A stretch of DNA of 64,000 nt, from assembly GCF_009914755.1 (NCBI RefSeq), contig NC_060933.1; one strand, given 5' to 3'. Made by a program: the position numbers and the translations under genes. Source of the stretch: the human T2T-CHM13v2.0 reference genome, Homo sapiens. The notes beneath the pieces are model-generated. The model made no database searches. It saw only the letters and a list, made by a program, of their open reading frames with translations, and was not told where the DNA came from. Each line of letters begins with the position of its first letter. Position 1 is the stretch's first letter. Positions 14,360 through 26,817 of the stretch are shown here, piece after piece.

Positions 14360-14728
14360 GGTTTTCATCCTGAGGTGTGTGGGCAGAATTCTGAGCCCCG
14401 AGAACTTGGATGGGGAAAAAAATTGCATCTTTATTTTCACTAACTTCTAACTACAATTTAGCACTTCCTCCCACTTCAAAAGTGGGTGACAAACCACAGT
14501 GGTATCAGCACCACCTTTGTGACCCTGTCAATAGAAGAAATCTCAGTTGTTCTCATTTCGCCTTGAATTAGTGTCCACGATCATGACTATTTCATAATTA
14601 ATGGTCATCACCAGACCACTGTGAGGGCTTGTTCATGCGTTAACAAAGAAGCACCTATATTATGACATCGCAGGTGCATTTTTATACTTTAATGATGATT
14701 TTCAATAAAATGGATTTTCCTATAATTC

Positions 14729-14730
<2 letters not shown>
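14360..14730. mobile_element. hAT-Charlie-like DNA transposon fossil
   Basis: gaacttggatggggaaaaaaattgcatctttattttcactaac resembles the Charlie family. Confidence 0.5.

Positions 14731-14767
<37 letters not shown>
14730..14767. repeat. (TG)n microsatellite
   Basis: About 19 TG units. Confidence 0.95.
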
Positions 14768-14768
<1 letters not shown>

Positions 14769-14769
<1 letters not shown>

Positions 14770-15077
14770 TTTTTTTTTTTTTTTTTGAGACGGAGTCTTG
14801 CTCTGCCGCCCAGACTGAAGTGCAGTGGCGCAATCTCGGCTCACTGCAAGCTCTGCCTCCTGGGTTCACACTATTCACGCCATTCTTCTGCCTCAGCCTC
14901 CCGAGTAGCTGGGACAACAGGCGCCCGCCACTACACCCGGTTAATTTTTTGTATTTTTAGTAGAGATGGGGTTTCACCGTGTTAGCCAGGATAGTCTCGA
15001 TCTCCTGACTTCGTGATCCGCCCACCTCGGCCTCCCAGAGTGCTGGGATTACAGGCGTGAGCCACCGCACCTGGCCC
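14769..15077 (-). mobile_element. AluY-like
   Basis: Y-diagnostic gcaagctc, cgtgttagccaggat. Confidence 0.95.
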
Positions 15078-15998
15078 TTTGTGTTTTGTTTTAAGCATCA
15101 TTCTGAGAAGGGGACCTGCAGAGGCCACTACAATGCCTCCTCCGCATTCCTGGACCTCATCTTCCAGCTTAACCTTCCAAGTGGAGGAGTGTGCCCTAAG
15201 AACCATCCTCCTCTAGGAGCCCCATCCGGTGATTTGCAAGGATTGTTGTAAACTGCTTAGCTCCCTCATGTCTTGGGTGAGTTTCACACCTCTCCCAGTA
15301 TCTCCCCAGGATTCAGCTCATCCTCTGCCAAGGAAGCCAGCTTCACAGCGCCCCTTGGCTACCTTAGCGCCCCCATGTTGCTTCCCTACTTGCGACGGTG
15401 CTCCCTGCACCTCCTGAATAAACTACCTGTTCTCAATCTTATGTTTTCACTTCAACTTATGCAAAATGCAGACTTGGCATATGGGTTGCAGTAGGCTGCA
15501 AAGGAGTTTACGGCCCAAAATAAGTCAAGGAACCCAGGCTAGAGGTCCCCCTTCCCTGCTAGTTTACCTTAAACTCTATTTTTCTCCAGGGGATTCCAAG
15601 GCATGAGGTCTTGAACTGGAGTGGAGAGATTCTCAAAGATTCCCAAGTTCCCAAGATTTACATTATCATGTAAGTGACAATCTTTGAGAAAAGTGTGTCA
15701 TACACGTTTTGAATAAGTTACACGACTTTTTATAACTTGGAGCCATCAAGAGGCTTTAGAGTCACACTGGCGTTTGTGTCGATAATTGAGTCGCCACCAC
15801 GCAATATTCCTGTAACTATCGCAAGAACAGAACAGAGACAGATATAATGTGCAAATGGTACATTCTGGCCAAGAAAAGACCAAGTAAAAATCACTATAGG
15901 ATTGGTGAGGCTCCAGTAAGAAGAAAAATGAATAAACAATCGAATCATCTCAAGATCCATCATAGTTCAGGTGTGCAGGCTCAAAATAAACAGCCATA

Positions 15999-16325
<327 letters not shown>

Positions 16326-16419
16326 TTACCAACATTAGTATTGTTTGCCAGATGATATGTTTGTTCCAACTCAAGCAAGGCTCTAGAGATAACTATGCTC
16401 TGTACAGCTGTAGCTATAG

Positions 16420-16643
16420 CTGCAACCTCTGCCTTCCAGGTTCAAGCAATTCTCCTGCCTCAGGCTCCCGAGTAGCTGGGACTACAGGCACCCACCACCA
16501 CGCCCGGCTAATTTTTTGTATTTTTAGTAAAGACGGGGTTTCACTGTGTTAGCCAGGATGGTCTCGATCTCCTGACCTCGTGATCTGCCCACCTCGGCCT
16601 CCCAAAGTGCTGGGATTACAGGTATGAGCCACCGCACCCAGCC
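16420..16643 (-). mobile_element. 3'-truncated Alu (AluSc/Y-like)
   Basis: Lacks the last ~60 nt and tail; abuts palindromic filler. Confidence 0.9.
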
Positions 16644-16736
16644 TAGTTTTGTTTCTATTCAGTTTATACATCTTGTAACTCTTCATAAGAACTATAAGCA
16701 TAAGGTGTTCTACTAAATTGTTATATATTTCTTCCA

Positions 16737-17445
16737 GTTATTATAGTTTTGTAACAAATTGCCCAACACTTGGGCAATTTAAGTGTGTTAAATTTCAATT
16801 GATTATATTAAATGCATAATATATTTGGATTTATATTAAATTCACTTAGGTTGATCACCTAAGTGATCCACCCGCCTCGGCCTCCCCAAGTGCTGGGATT
16901 ACAGGCGTGAGCCACTGCGCCCAGCCTATGGCTGTTTATTTTGAGCCTGCACACTTGAACTATGATGGATCTTGAGATGACTCGATTGTTTATTCATTTT
17001 TCTTCTTACTGGAGCCTCACCAATCCTATAGTGATTTTTACTTGGTCTTTTCTTGGCCAGAATGTACCATTTGCACATTATGTCTGTCTCTGTTCTGTTC
17101 TTGCGATAGTTAAAGGAATATTGCGTGGTGGCAACTCAATTATCGACACAAACGCCAGTGTGACTCTAAAGCCTCTTGATGGCTCCAAGTTATAAAAAGT
17201 TGTGTAACTTATTTAAGTTTAGAACAACCATTTTATTCTGTTCTTGATTCTGTAGGTCAGGAGTTAGGGAAGAGCTCAGTTGGGCATTTTTTACTTGGGG
17301 GCTGGAGCCATCCGAAGACCCCACAGAGTTGGACGTCCAGAGCAGTTCACTCACGGGGCTGAATGTTGGCTGGGAGCTGAGTTGAGGCTGTCAACTGGAA
17401 CACCTACAGGTCACCACCCAGCATGACAGGCTCAGGATGGCCAGA
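16737..17445 (-). mobile_element. MLT1-type LTR fragment interrupted at ~16772-17213
   Basis: gttattatag...gtaacaaattgcccaacactt resumes as aagtttagaacaaccattttatt...ctgtaggtcaggagtt. Confidence 0.55.
16857..17213 (-). repeat. Right arm of 357-bp inverted repeat (includes 70 bp of Alu 5' end)
   Basis: Reverse complement of 15712-16068. Confidence 0.95.
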
Positions 17446-17449
17446 CATA

Positions 17450-19308
17450 TGATAAAAATTACAAAGGGTTGATGAAAAAAATCAAAGACTTAAACACTTG
17501 GACAGACCCACCATATTCATAGATTGAAAGATCAACATAATAAAGATATTAATTATCCCTTAAATGATCCATACATTTAATGCAGTTTCTACCAAATTTC
17601 CAGAAATTTCTTTATAGACATAAAAAGGTTTAATCTAACATTGATATGGAAAGGGTGAGACCCTAGAGAAGCCAAAATAATTTTGAAAAATAAGAATAAA
17701 TAAGGTGGAAAGAATCACTGTTCTCAATGTTCAGACTTATCACACAGTTGCAATAGTCACGACAGTGTGGTACTGGCAGAGGGATAGACACATAGATCAG
17801 TGAAACAGCACAGAGAACCCAGAAACAGACCCACACGAATAGGCCCAGTGAATTACTGACAAAGGAGCAAATGCAATTCAATAGAGAAAAGAGCAACATC
17901 TTTGCTGGAGCAACTCAACATCTACAGGCAAGAAGGAGATGGAGAAAGAAGTGAGAGGAGATAAGAGAAGAAAGGAGGAGGTGGAGGAGAAGGAGAAGAG
18001 GAGAAGAAAGAGGAGGAGGAGGAGGAAGAGAAAGGAGAAGAAGAAGAAAGAAGACTGAAGAAAGAAATAAACCTCAACCCAAACATCATACTTTACACAA
18101 AAAATTGACTCAAAATAGATCATGGACTTAAACATAAAAGATGTACAACTATACAGCATTGGAGAAAATCTTTGGGACCTAAAGCAAGGCAAAGCATTCT
18201 TAGAACTAACACTAAAAGCATTATCTATAAAAAGAAAATTTATATATTCAACTTTATTAAAGTTAAAATTTTTTCTCTGTGAAACAAACACCCTTTTAAA
18301 AGAATGAAAAGACAAATTACACACTGGTAGGAAATATCTGCAAATCACATATCTGACAAAGATCTTGTATCTAGACTATATAAAAACCCTCAAAACTCAA
18401 CAGTAAACAACAACAACAAAGAATTCATTTAGAAGATGAGCAAAAGGCGTGTACAGACATTTCACCAAAGAGGATATACAGATGGCAAATAAACTCATGC
18501 TTCAAAGATATTCAACATCATTAGCTATTAGAGAAATCCAAATTCAAACCACAGTAAGATTTCACTACATACTTATCAGAGTGGCTAAAATGAAAAATAG
18601 TGACAATACCAAATGTTAGCAAGGATATGAAGAAACTGGATCACTCATATATTGCTACTGTTAATGAAAAATGGCACAGGCACTCTGGGAAATAGTTTGG
18701 CAGTTTCCTATAAAATTAAACATTCGTATCCCGTATGACTCAGACATCATACTCTTGAGCATTTATTCCAGAGAAATGAAGACTTATTTTCATGCAGGAA
18801 CTGGTAAACAAATATTTATAGCAGTTTTACTGATAGTAACCAAGAGCTGGAAATTAGCCACATGTTCTTCGGAAACTGAATGGTTAAAGAAACTGTAGTA
18901 ATCTACACCATGGAATACCAGTCAGCAATAAAAAGGAGCAAGAGATTGATACACACAAATGTAGACAGACGTGAGGAGTATTATGCTGAGTGACAAGAGC
19001 CAGTCCCTAAAGAATCCATCCTGAATGATCCCATTTATGTTAACATCATGAAATAACACAATTATCAAGGTGGAGAGCTGATCAGTTGGTTGCCAGGGGT
19101 CAGGGATCAGGTAGTGATGGGCGTGGCTATAAAATGTAAAATGTGGGAATCTTGTGGTGATGATACAGTGGAGTATCTTGATTGTGGTAGTGGTTATGCA
19201 AAGCTCCATGACAAAATTGCATAGAGCTATACAAACATAAATTGAATGTATAACTGATGAAGTCTGAATAAACTCTACAGATTGTGCCAATGTAAAAAAA
19301 AAAAAAGT
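17450..19308 (+). mobile_element. L1 (L1MB/L1MC-like) ORF2 3' part and 3' UTR with poly-A
   Basis: Typical L1 motifs (gacagtgtggtactggca, caaatcacatatctgacaaag, agacatttcaccaaagaggatatacagatggcaaataa); A-tail at about 19294. Confidence 0.9.
17928..18068. repeat. Purine-rich (GGA/GAA)n tract
   Basis: About 140 bp of near-pure purine sequence inside L1. Confidence 0.85.
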
Positions 19309-19551
19309 ACTGTGAATTTTTAAATCTGGAGGAAAGAAGAACTACATAGGTTTCCTTGTCTTTTTTCCCTTGCATTTGAGGACTGTTAGAAACAGCTGCT
19401 GGATAAAGTAAACTAGGTGCACAATTAAAGGCCCAGAGCCATACACTAAACTGGGGGATGTGAGCTAAGAAATAAACACTTGGTCTCTGCCACTGTTTTC
19501 TGACACAAAGTTCCCAATTCCCTTGGAATTTCCTGGGTGAATGGAGTGTCA

Positions 19552-19852
<301 letters not shown>

Positions 19853-20183
19853 GGAATGTCTTTTGTTCTAATGAGGCTACTCTTGGTGTGCTTCTGGTAG
19901 CTTTGGATGGAGGCTGGTCACCAGAAAGACCAAGCCATCATTAGAAGCTTGGAACTTCCAAGCTCCACCTCCCATTCTCCCTGGAGGAGAGAAATGCTGG
20001 AAATTGAGTTAATAATCAACCATGACTATGTGATGAGGCCTCCATAAAAATCCCTAAACTATGGGGTTCAAAGAGCTGCCAGGTTGGTGAGCACATTCAT
20101 GTGCCAAGAGGGTGACACATCCAAATTCCATGGGGAAAGAAACTCCTGCACTCAGACCCCTTCCAACCTTTTATGTACCTTTT

Positions 20184-22150
20184 TTTTTTTTTTTTTTTTC
20201 CATTTTTTTTCTTTTTTATTGATCATTCTTGGGTGTTTCTCGCAGAGGGGGATTTGGCAGGGTCACAGGACAATAGTGGAGGGAAGGTCAGCAGATAAGT
20301 GAACAAAGGTCTCTGGTTTTCCTAGGCAGAGGACCCTGCAGCCTTCCGCAGTGTTTGTGTCCCTGGGTACTTGAGATTAGGGAGTGGTGATGACTCTTAA
20401 CGAGCATGCTGCCTTCAAGCATCCGTTTAACAAAGCACATCTTGCACCACCCTTAATCCATTCAACCCTGAGTGGACATAGCACATGTTTCAGAGAGCAC
20501 AGGGTTGGGGGTAAGGTCACAGATCAACAGGATCCCAAGGCAGAAGAATTTTTCTTAGTACAGAACAAAATGAAAAGTCTCCCATGTCTACCTCTTTCTA
20601 CACAGACATGGCAACCATCCGATTTCTCAATCTTTTCCCCACCTTTCCCCCCTTTCTATTCCACAAAACCGCCATTGTCATCATGGCCCGTTCTCAATGA
20701 GCTGTTGAGTACACCTCCCAGACGGGGTGGTGGCCGGGCAGAGGGGCTCCTCACTTCCCAGTAGGGGCGGCCGGGCAGAGGCGCCCCTCACCTCCCGGAC
20801 GGGGCGGCTGGCCGGGCGGGGGGCTGACCCCCCCGCCTCCCTCCCGGACGGGGCGGCTGGCCGGGCGGGGGGCTGACCTCCCCGCCTCCCTCCCGGACGG
20901 GGCGGCTGGCCGGGCAGAGGGGCTCCTCTCTTCCCAGTAGGGGCGGCCGGGCAGAGGCGCCCCTCACCTCCCGGATGGGGCGGCTGGCCGGGCCCGGGGC
21001 TGACCCCCCCCACATACTTCCCGGACGGGGCGGCTGGCCGGGCAGAGGGGCTCCTCACTTCCCAGTAGGGGCGGCCGGGCAGAGGCGCCCCTCACCTCCC
21101 GGACGGGGCGGCTGGCCGGGCGGGGGGCTGACCCCCCCACCTCCCTCCCGGACGGGCAGCTGGCCGGGCAGAGGGATGACCCCCCCACCTCCCTTCCGGA
21201 TGGGGCGGCTGGCCGGGCGGGGGGCTGACCCCCACCTCCCTCCCAGACGGGGTGGCTGCCAGGCGGAGAGGCTCCTCACTTCCCAGACGGAGTGGCTGCC
21301 GGGCGGAGGGGCTCCTCACTTCTCAGAGGGTGTGGCTGCCGGGCAGAGGGGCTCCTCACTTCTCAGACGGGGCGGTTGCCAGGCAGAGGGTCTCCTCACT
21401 TCTCAGACGGGGCGGCCGGGCAGAGACGCTCCTCACATCCCAGACGGGGCGGCAGGGCAGAGGCGCTCCCCACATCTCAGACGATGGGTGGCCTGGCAGA
21501 GACGCTCCTCACTTCCTAGATGGGATGGCGGCCGGGCAGAGACGCTCCTCACTTTCCAGACTGGGCAGCCAGGCAGAGAGGCTCCTCACATCCCAGACGA
21601 TGGGCGGCCAGGCAGAGACGCTCCTCACTTCCCAGACGGGGTGGCGGCCGGGCAGAGGCTGCAATCTCGGCACTTTGCGGGGCCAAGGCAGGCAGCTGGG
21701 AAGTGGAGGTTGTAGCGAGCCGAGATCACGCCACTGCACTCCAGCCTGGGCACCATTGAGCACTGAGTGAACGCGACTCCGTCTGCCATCCCGGCACCTT
21801 GGGAGGCCGAGGCTGGCGGATCACTCGCGGTTAGGAGCTGGAGACCAGCCCGGCCAACACAGCGAAACCCCGTCTCCACCAAAAAAATACGAAAACCAGT
21901 CAGGCGTGGCGGCGCGCGCCTGCAATCGCAGGCACTCGGCAGGCTGAGGCAGGAGAATCAGGCAGGGAGGTTGCAGTGAGCCGAGATGGCAGCAGTACAG
22001 TCCAGCTTTGGCTCGGCATCAGGGGGAGACCGTGGAAAGAGAGGGAGAGGGAGACCGTGGGGAGAGGGAGACCGTGGGGAGAGGGAGAGGGAGAGGGAGA
22101 GGAGGGAGAGGGAGAGGAGGGAGAGGGAGAGGAGGGAGAGGGAGAGGAGG
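20184..22150 (-). mobile_element. SVA retrotransposon, full length (~1.97 kb)
   Basis: Left to right: poly-T, SINE-R (~20215-20700), GC-rich VNTR (~20705-21655), Alu-like domain (~21655-22025), (CCCTCT)n-derived head (~22035-22150); 13-bp TSD ttatgtacctttt at 20171-20183 and 22151-22163. Confidence 0.98.
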
Positions 22151-22576
22151 TTATGTACCTTTTAATCTGGTTGTTCATCTGTATCCTTTGTAACATCCTT
22201 TATACTAAATCAGTAAATATAAGTAAACGTTTCTCTGACTTTTGCAAGCCATTGAAGCAAATTATCAAACCTGAGGAGAGGGTCATGGGAACCCCTGATT
22301 TACAGCCAGTTGGTCAGAAGTACCAGTGACAACCTGGGACTCGATATCTGAAGTGGGGGCTATATTTGTGTGGCTGAGTCCTTAACTTTTGGGGTCTGCA
22401 CTAACTCTAGGTAGTTAGTGTGAATTGGTTGGTGTCCAGAGAGTTGGAGAATTAATTGGTATGGGAACCCGCTCCACACACACACATACACATTTGGTGT
22501 CAGAAATGTCGTGCGTATAGAAAAACAGTTTTTCCTTTTAGGTGTTTTCCTTAAGGAATCATGCAAAGACCTAAGG

Positions 22577-22752
22577 CAGTAGGTCTCAAGCTTTGCTGCA
22601 CATTAGAATCAGCTAGAGAACTGTAAAATGTACTAGTCTGATTCCCACCTTCACACAGTCCCATTTAATTGGTTTGGGGTACAATCCAGGCATTGGCAGT
22701 TTTGAACGTTTTGCAGGTGATTCTGACTTACAGCAAAGGTTAGGAAACATTG
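22577..22752. mobile_element. MER5A-like hAT fossil
   Basis: cagtaggtctcaagctttgctgcacattagaatca...ggttaggaaacattg. Confidence 0.75.
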
Positions 22753-22959
22753 CTCTAAGACATTCCTCCCCGATTCCCACTCAGGATTAAAGCATACACC
22801 AAACTGGGCAGAATAAACCCTTGCACTGTGCAAACTCTAGAAAGGTGGTAAGAACATGGTCTATCCTGATCTTAAGCTATAGCATAACAGGCAAAGGAGG
22901 AGAGAGATAAATCAGAATCCAGACAGCAAAGAAGGTACCCACATCGTACAAGAACAAGT

Positions 22960-24260
22960 AGAATTTCAAGTCAGAGCCTCTCAAACATGAATAAAATGAA
23001 ATGAAACCACATGGCAACAACATAGTCATTCACAGCAATAGAGTGCAAATACACAAATAAGGAAAAGTAATTCAAAAGACACCCAGAGAACCCAAGAGAA
23101 GAAAACATAATTCAAGGACAGAAGAAAATTCCACAATTCCAACTAGTTTATCCTCTAAAATTTTTGACGAAAAACATATATAACAATCAAAACTCAAAGA
23201 GATGATGAATGATTTTAAAAACATGAAATAAACAGGGAAATTCAAACATAAGGAAACAGCTTAAGGATGAAAGCAGTGTTATTGCAGAACTAATTTAAAT
23301 TATAACAGGAACAGAGTCGATATCATTGAAAATTGAATTACTGATATAGAGAAAATAATGACACTGAATGCAGATTTTTAAAAGGAATTGAAGTAATTAG
23401 AAAGAAGCTAATAATTATAGAAGAGAGACAGAGACAAACCAACAAAAGAAAAACTGTCTCTGAAGAAAAGACTCCAAAAAAATGTAACAGAAGATTAAAT
23501 CAAAGTTATAGTACAAAAAGAAAAAAAAATCTTTAAACAAAGAGGGAGGCTTGCTGGGCATAGTGATTCATACCTATAATCACAACACTTTGGGAGGCTG
23601 AGGCAGGTGGATCACTTGAGCTCAGGAGTTTGAGATTAGCCTGAGCAACATGGTGAAACCCCATCTCTACCAAAAATACAAAAAAATTAGCCAGGTGTGG
23701 TGGCATGCGCCTATGTTCCCAGTTACTCAGGAGGCTGAGGTGGGAGGATTGCTTGAGTCTGGGAGGCAGCAGTTGCAGTGAGCCAAGATTGCGCCACTGC
23801 ACTCCAGCCTGGGCGTCAGAGTGAGACCTTCTCTCAAAAACAAAACAAAAGAGGGAGGAAACTTCAAATCTGCAGGTCAAAAAATATTTCATGTTCCATG
23901 AAAAACAGTAATATATACATTGTGCAGCAATGAGAAATACCCTAGATATACTATTGTACTTCAAAATACAAGAAGAGAATTTTTTCAGGCACCCAGGAAA
24001 ATAAACCATGTATTTTGCAAAGGGTAAAATTGGTCATGCTTTGGGCTTCTCTGAAACTACTTGCAGAGTCAACAGTCATTGGAGCAAAATCCACAGACTC
24101 TGTGAGAAAGGATGAGCAATCCATGAATATGGTATCCAGCTAAAAGGTCATTCCAGGACAAAGGCAACCATCAGATATTCCCTGGGGAACATGGCACCCA
24201 TGAACCCACACATTGTTAAGCACTACTTGACAACTAACTTTGCCAATTCAGAGTTGTACT
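22960..24260 (+). mobile_element. Old L1/HAL1 ORF1-region fragment
   Basis: A-rich degenerate L1 ORF1-like sequence interrupted by an Alu. Confidence 0.5.
23548..23845 (+). mobile_element. AluJ-like
   Basis: Full Alu; flanking repeat aaacaaa(a)gagggagg. Confidence 0.9.
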
Positions 24261-24989
24261 CAATGGGGAGGATGTACTAAAAAGCCTGGTGGCATATGAA
24301 AGTGTCCTAAATAGCTTTGGAAATCATGGTTCCAGAACATTCTGTGGGTGTTAGAACCCAGGACATTGAGTGAGGAGGGGGGATCTGGAGGCCCTTTGAA
24401 GGAAGTGTCTCTAAAAGGGGAGGGTCTCAACTGTCCAGTCCCCTGACAGGTCAAAGGTGAGGCTTTGGACTGGTCATTGGCTTCAGCGACATGAGAGTGA
24501 CCGGTCACGGTGAAAAGGGCCAGCAGCGGAGTGAGGAGTGGGGCTCACGCCTGACTAGAAAGTCAAGAGGGGAATTATTCTGTGGCATTTTTCTGTAACA
24601 AGGAGCAAAGATATTGGGCAGCCACTGAGAGGGATTTTTTTTTGATATGGGGGAAAAGATGAGGAAGAAATAGATGATGTGGAAAAGAAAGGGGTGGATT
24701 TCAGGAGAACAATGCTGGGATGGCCTGAGGGAATGGGCTGAGGGGCTTGGACCCTCCCATGTGTAAAATTGTCCCTGGGTGGGAGCTCAGAAGTTTCCAG
24801 AAGAGTAACTTGGGGAAGGCAGGGAGGCATACACAGAGCCAGAAGGATGTCTGTGTTGAGATGGAGCACTTGCAGTTCTCTTCCCATGTTTGTTTCCTCA
24901 GTGAACTAGAAAGCAAAGTCACTGACTGGAAATGAGGAACCATAAGTAATAGGATTACAGGCAGCACTGAGGGTCCTGACTGCCACCTC

Positions 24990-25772
24990 AGTGAGACCAG
25001 CTATCGGAATGTGTCCTTCCCCATCCAGGGCCAGGCATGGTCAAGGTGAGAACAGGCTGGCTGGAGTGGGGTTTTGCCAGGTGAGAATGATGAATGAGAC
25101 AGGGGCACCATCTTAGGGGAACGTCTGTCCTGTGCCTGTTCCACCATTGTACTTTGGACGCACATAACTTGTCTGATTTCACAGTTCACAGCTGAAGGGA
25201 CGTTTACCTCAGGATGAGTGGTGCCTTGAGTCTCACCCATAGCTAATGTAGACGATATTTAGACGAGACCCAGACTTTTGATTTTAGAGTTGCTTTTGGA
25301 ATCAGTTAAGACTTTGGTGGCTGTTGGGATGGAATGAATATATTTTACAGGTGAGAAGGACATGAATTTGCTGGGGCCAAGGGTGGAATGTCACGGACTG
25401 AATGTCTCTTCCCCAAATTCATATGTTGAAACCCTACTGCCTAATGTCATAGTTTCAAGAACCTTTAAGAAGTAATAGGATTAGATGAGGTCATGAGTGT
25501 GGGACCTGCAAAAATTTAGGTTAGTGCCCTTGTAAAAGGGACCCCAAGAGAGCTCCCTTGCCCCTTCCAGCAAGTGAAGAAACAGCCAGAGGCACTGACT
25601 ATGAATCAGGAAGCAGGACCTCACCGGTCAGGGAATCTTTGATCTTGAACTTCCAGCCAGCACCTTGATCTTGGACTTCCAGCCTCCAGAACTGTGAGAA
25701 ATAAATGTTTATTGTTTATAAGGCACCCGGTCTATGGTATTGTGATATAGCAGCCCCAGTGGGCTAAGTCAG
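24990..25772 (+). mobile_element. MaLR internal 3' fragment plus MLT1/MST-type LTR
   Basis: gttaagactttgg...ggggccaagggtggaa|tg polypurine tract, then LTR 25389-25772. Confidence 0.7.
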
Positions 25773-26654
25773 GCATGGAGTAATTAGATCCTGACCCAAG
25801 GACACCAAGCTGGGTGAGAAGTCCTTGCTAAGGACATGAGCGTGTCTATGAGTAGCTGAGGGAAGTGAAAATGTGAAAGTTGTGGAAACGAGGGAGATAT
25901 GAAAATGTGGGAGATGTCCGGTAGGACATGAGGTTGAGGGTGCTGGGCAGGACATGACATTGAGGAGTTTGTTCAGTCTCTGAGTCTAGGTGGAAGATCA
26001 CTGGAGGAGAGGATGCCGGAGCTGAGGCCAGGCCATTGATGTGAACGCTAGAACCAGAGAAATCAGGACAGTAGTGGTAGTGGAGAGTATGAGCGTGTGC
26101 CACGAATGAGAGAGATTCAACCAAGGTCTGGAGACAGCTGTAGCAAGAAAAGGGCAGGTGTTGGCATTGCTGACAAGAGACTCAGCAGGTTTTAGAGAGG
26201 AAGGAGAGGGAAAGATCTGGAAGCAGCAATAAGGAGCAAAGGACACAGCTACCACATCCAGACGGGTGGCCAGCAGGGAGGACACCACCTCCAGCAGGGA
26301 CGGTCCTCAGGGCAGAGGCAGCTTGCAGAGGAGCAAGAGGGAAAGGGAACCTGTGGGAAAAGAACAGAGGCAGAGATGGCTTTGCAGGGACTGTGTTCAG
26401 TGTGTTCAAATAACTAATTATGATAGTGTGAGTGTGAAGAGCATTTGCTATTCCTGTAAACCTAGAATAAATTTATATATAGGCACTGATCATGTCATTT
26501 GTTGCTATGACTAACAAGTAACATGACCCAGAAACCTCTGGCTATTTGCAATTGATCCTCCCAAAATTTAACTAGACCCTTAGTCCTCACAGCATGTTGA
26601 ATTGGTGGGATTTGGCCAGATGCATGCACTCTCCTGATTGCTACCATCTGGCCA

Positions 26655-26815
26655 AGATTAGCTGGGCATGTTTTTGCATGCCTGTAGTCCTAGCTACTCA
26701 GGAGACTGAGGCAGGAGTATCACTTGAGCCCAAGAGTTTGAAGATGCAGTCAGCCATAATTGCACCACTGCACTGCACAGAGACCCTGTGTCTAAAATAA
26801 TAATAATAATAAAAT
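26655..26815 (+). mobile_element. Alu right monomer (FRAM/AluJ)
   Basis: attagctgggcatg...ctgtgtct plus (TAA)n tail. Confidence 0.85.
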
Positions 26816-26817
26816 AT

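Noticed and set aside
20384-22329. Many overlapping long ORFs (up to 246 aa)
   Set aside because: They arise from the stop-poor GC-rich SVA VNTR, Alu-like and hexamer domains; not genes.
26612-26655. 11-bp stem hairpin ttggccagatg...catctggccaa
   Set aside because: Too short for a miRNA precursor; may be chance or a junction scar beside a truncated Alu.
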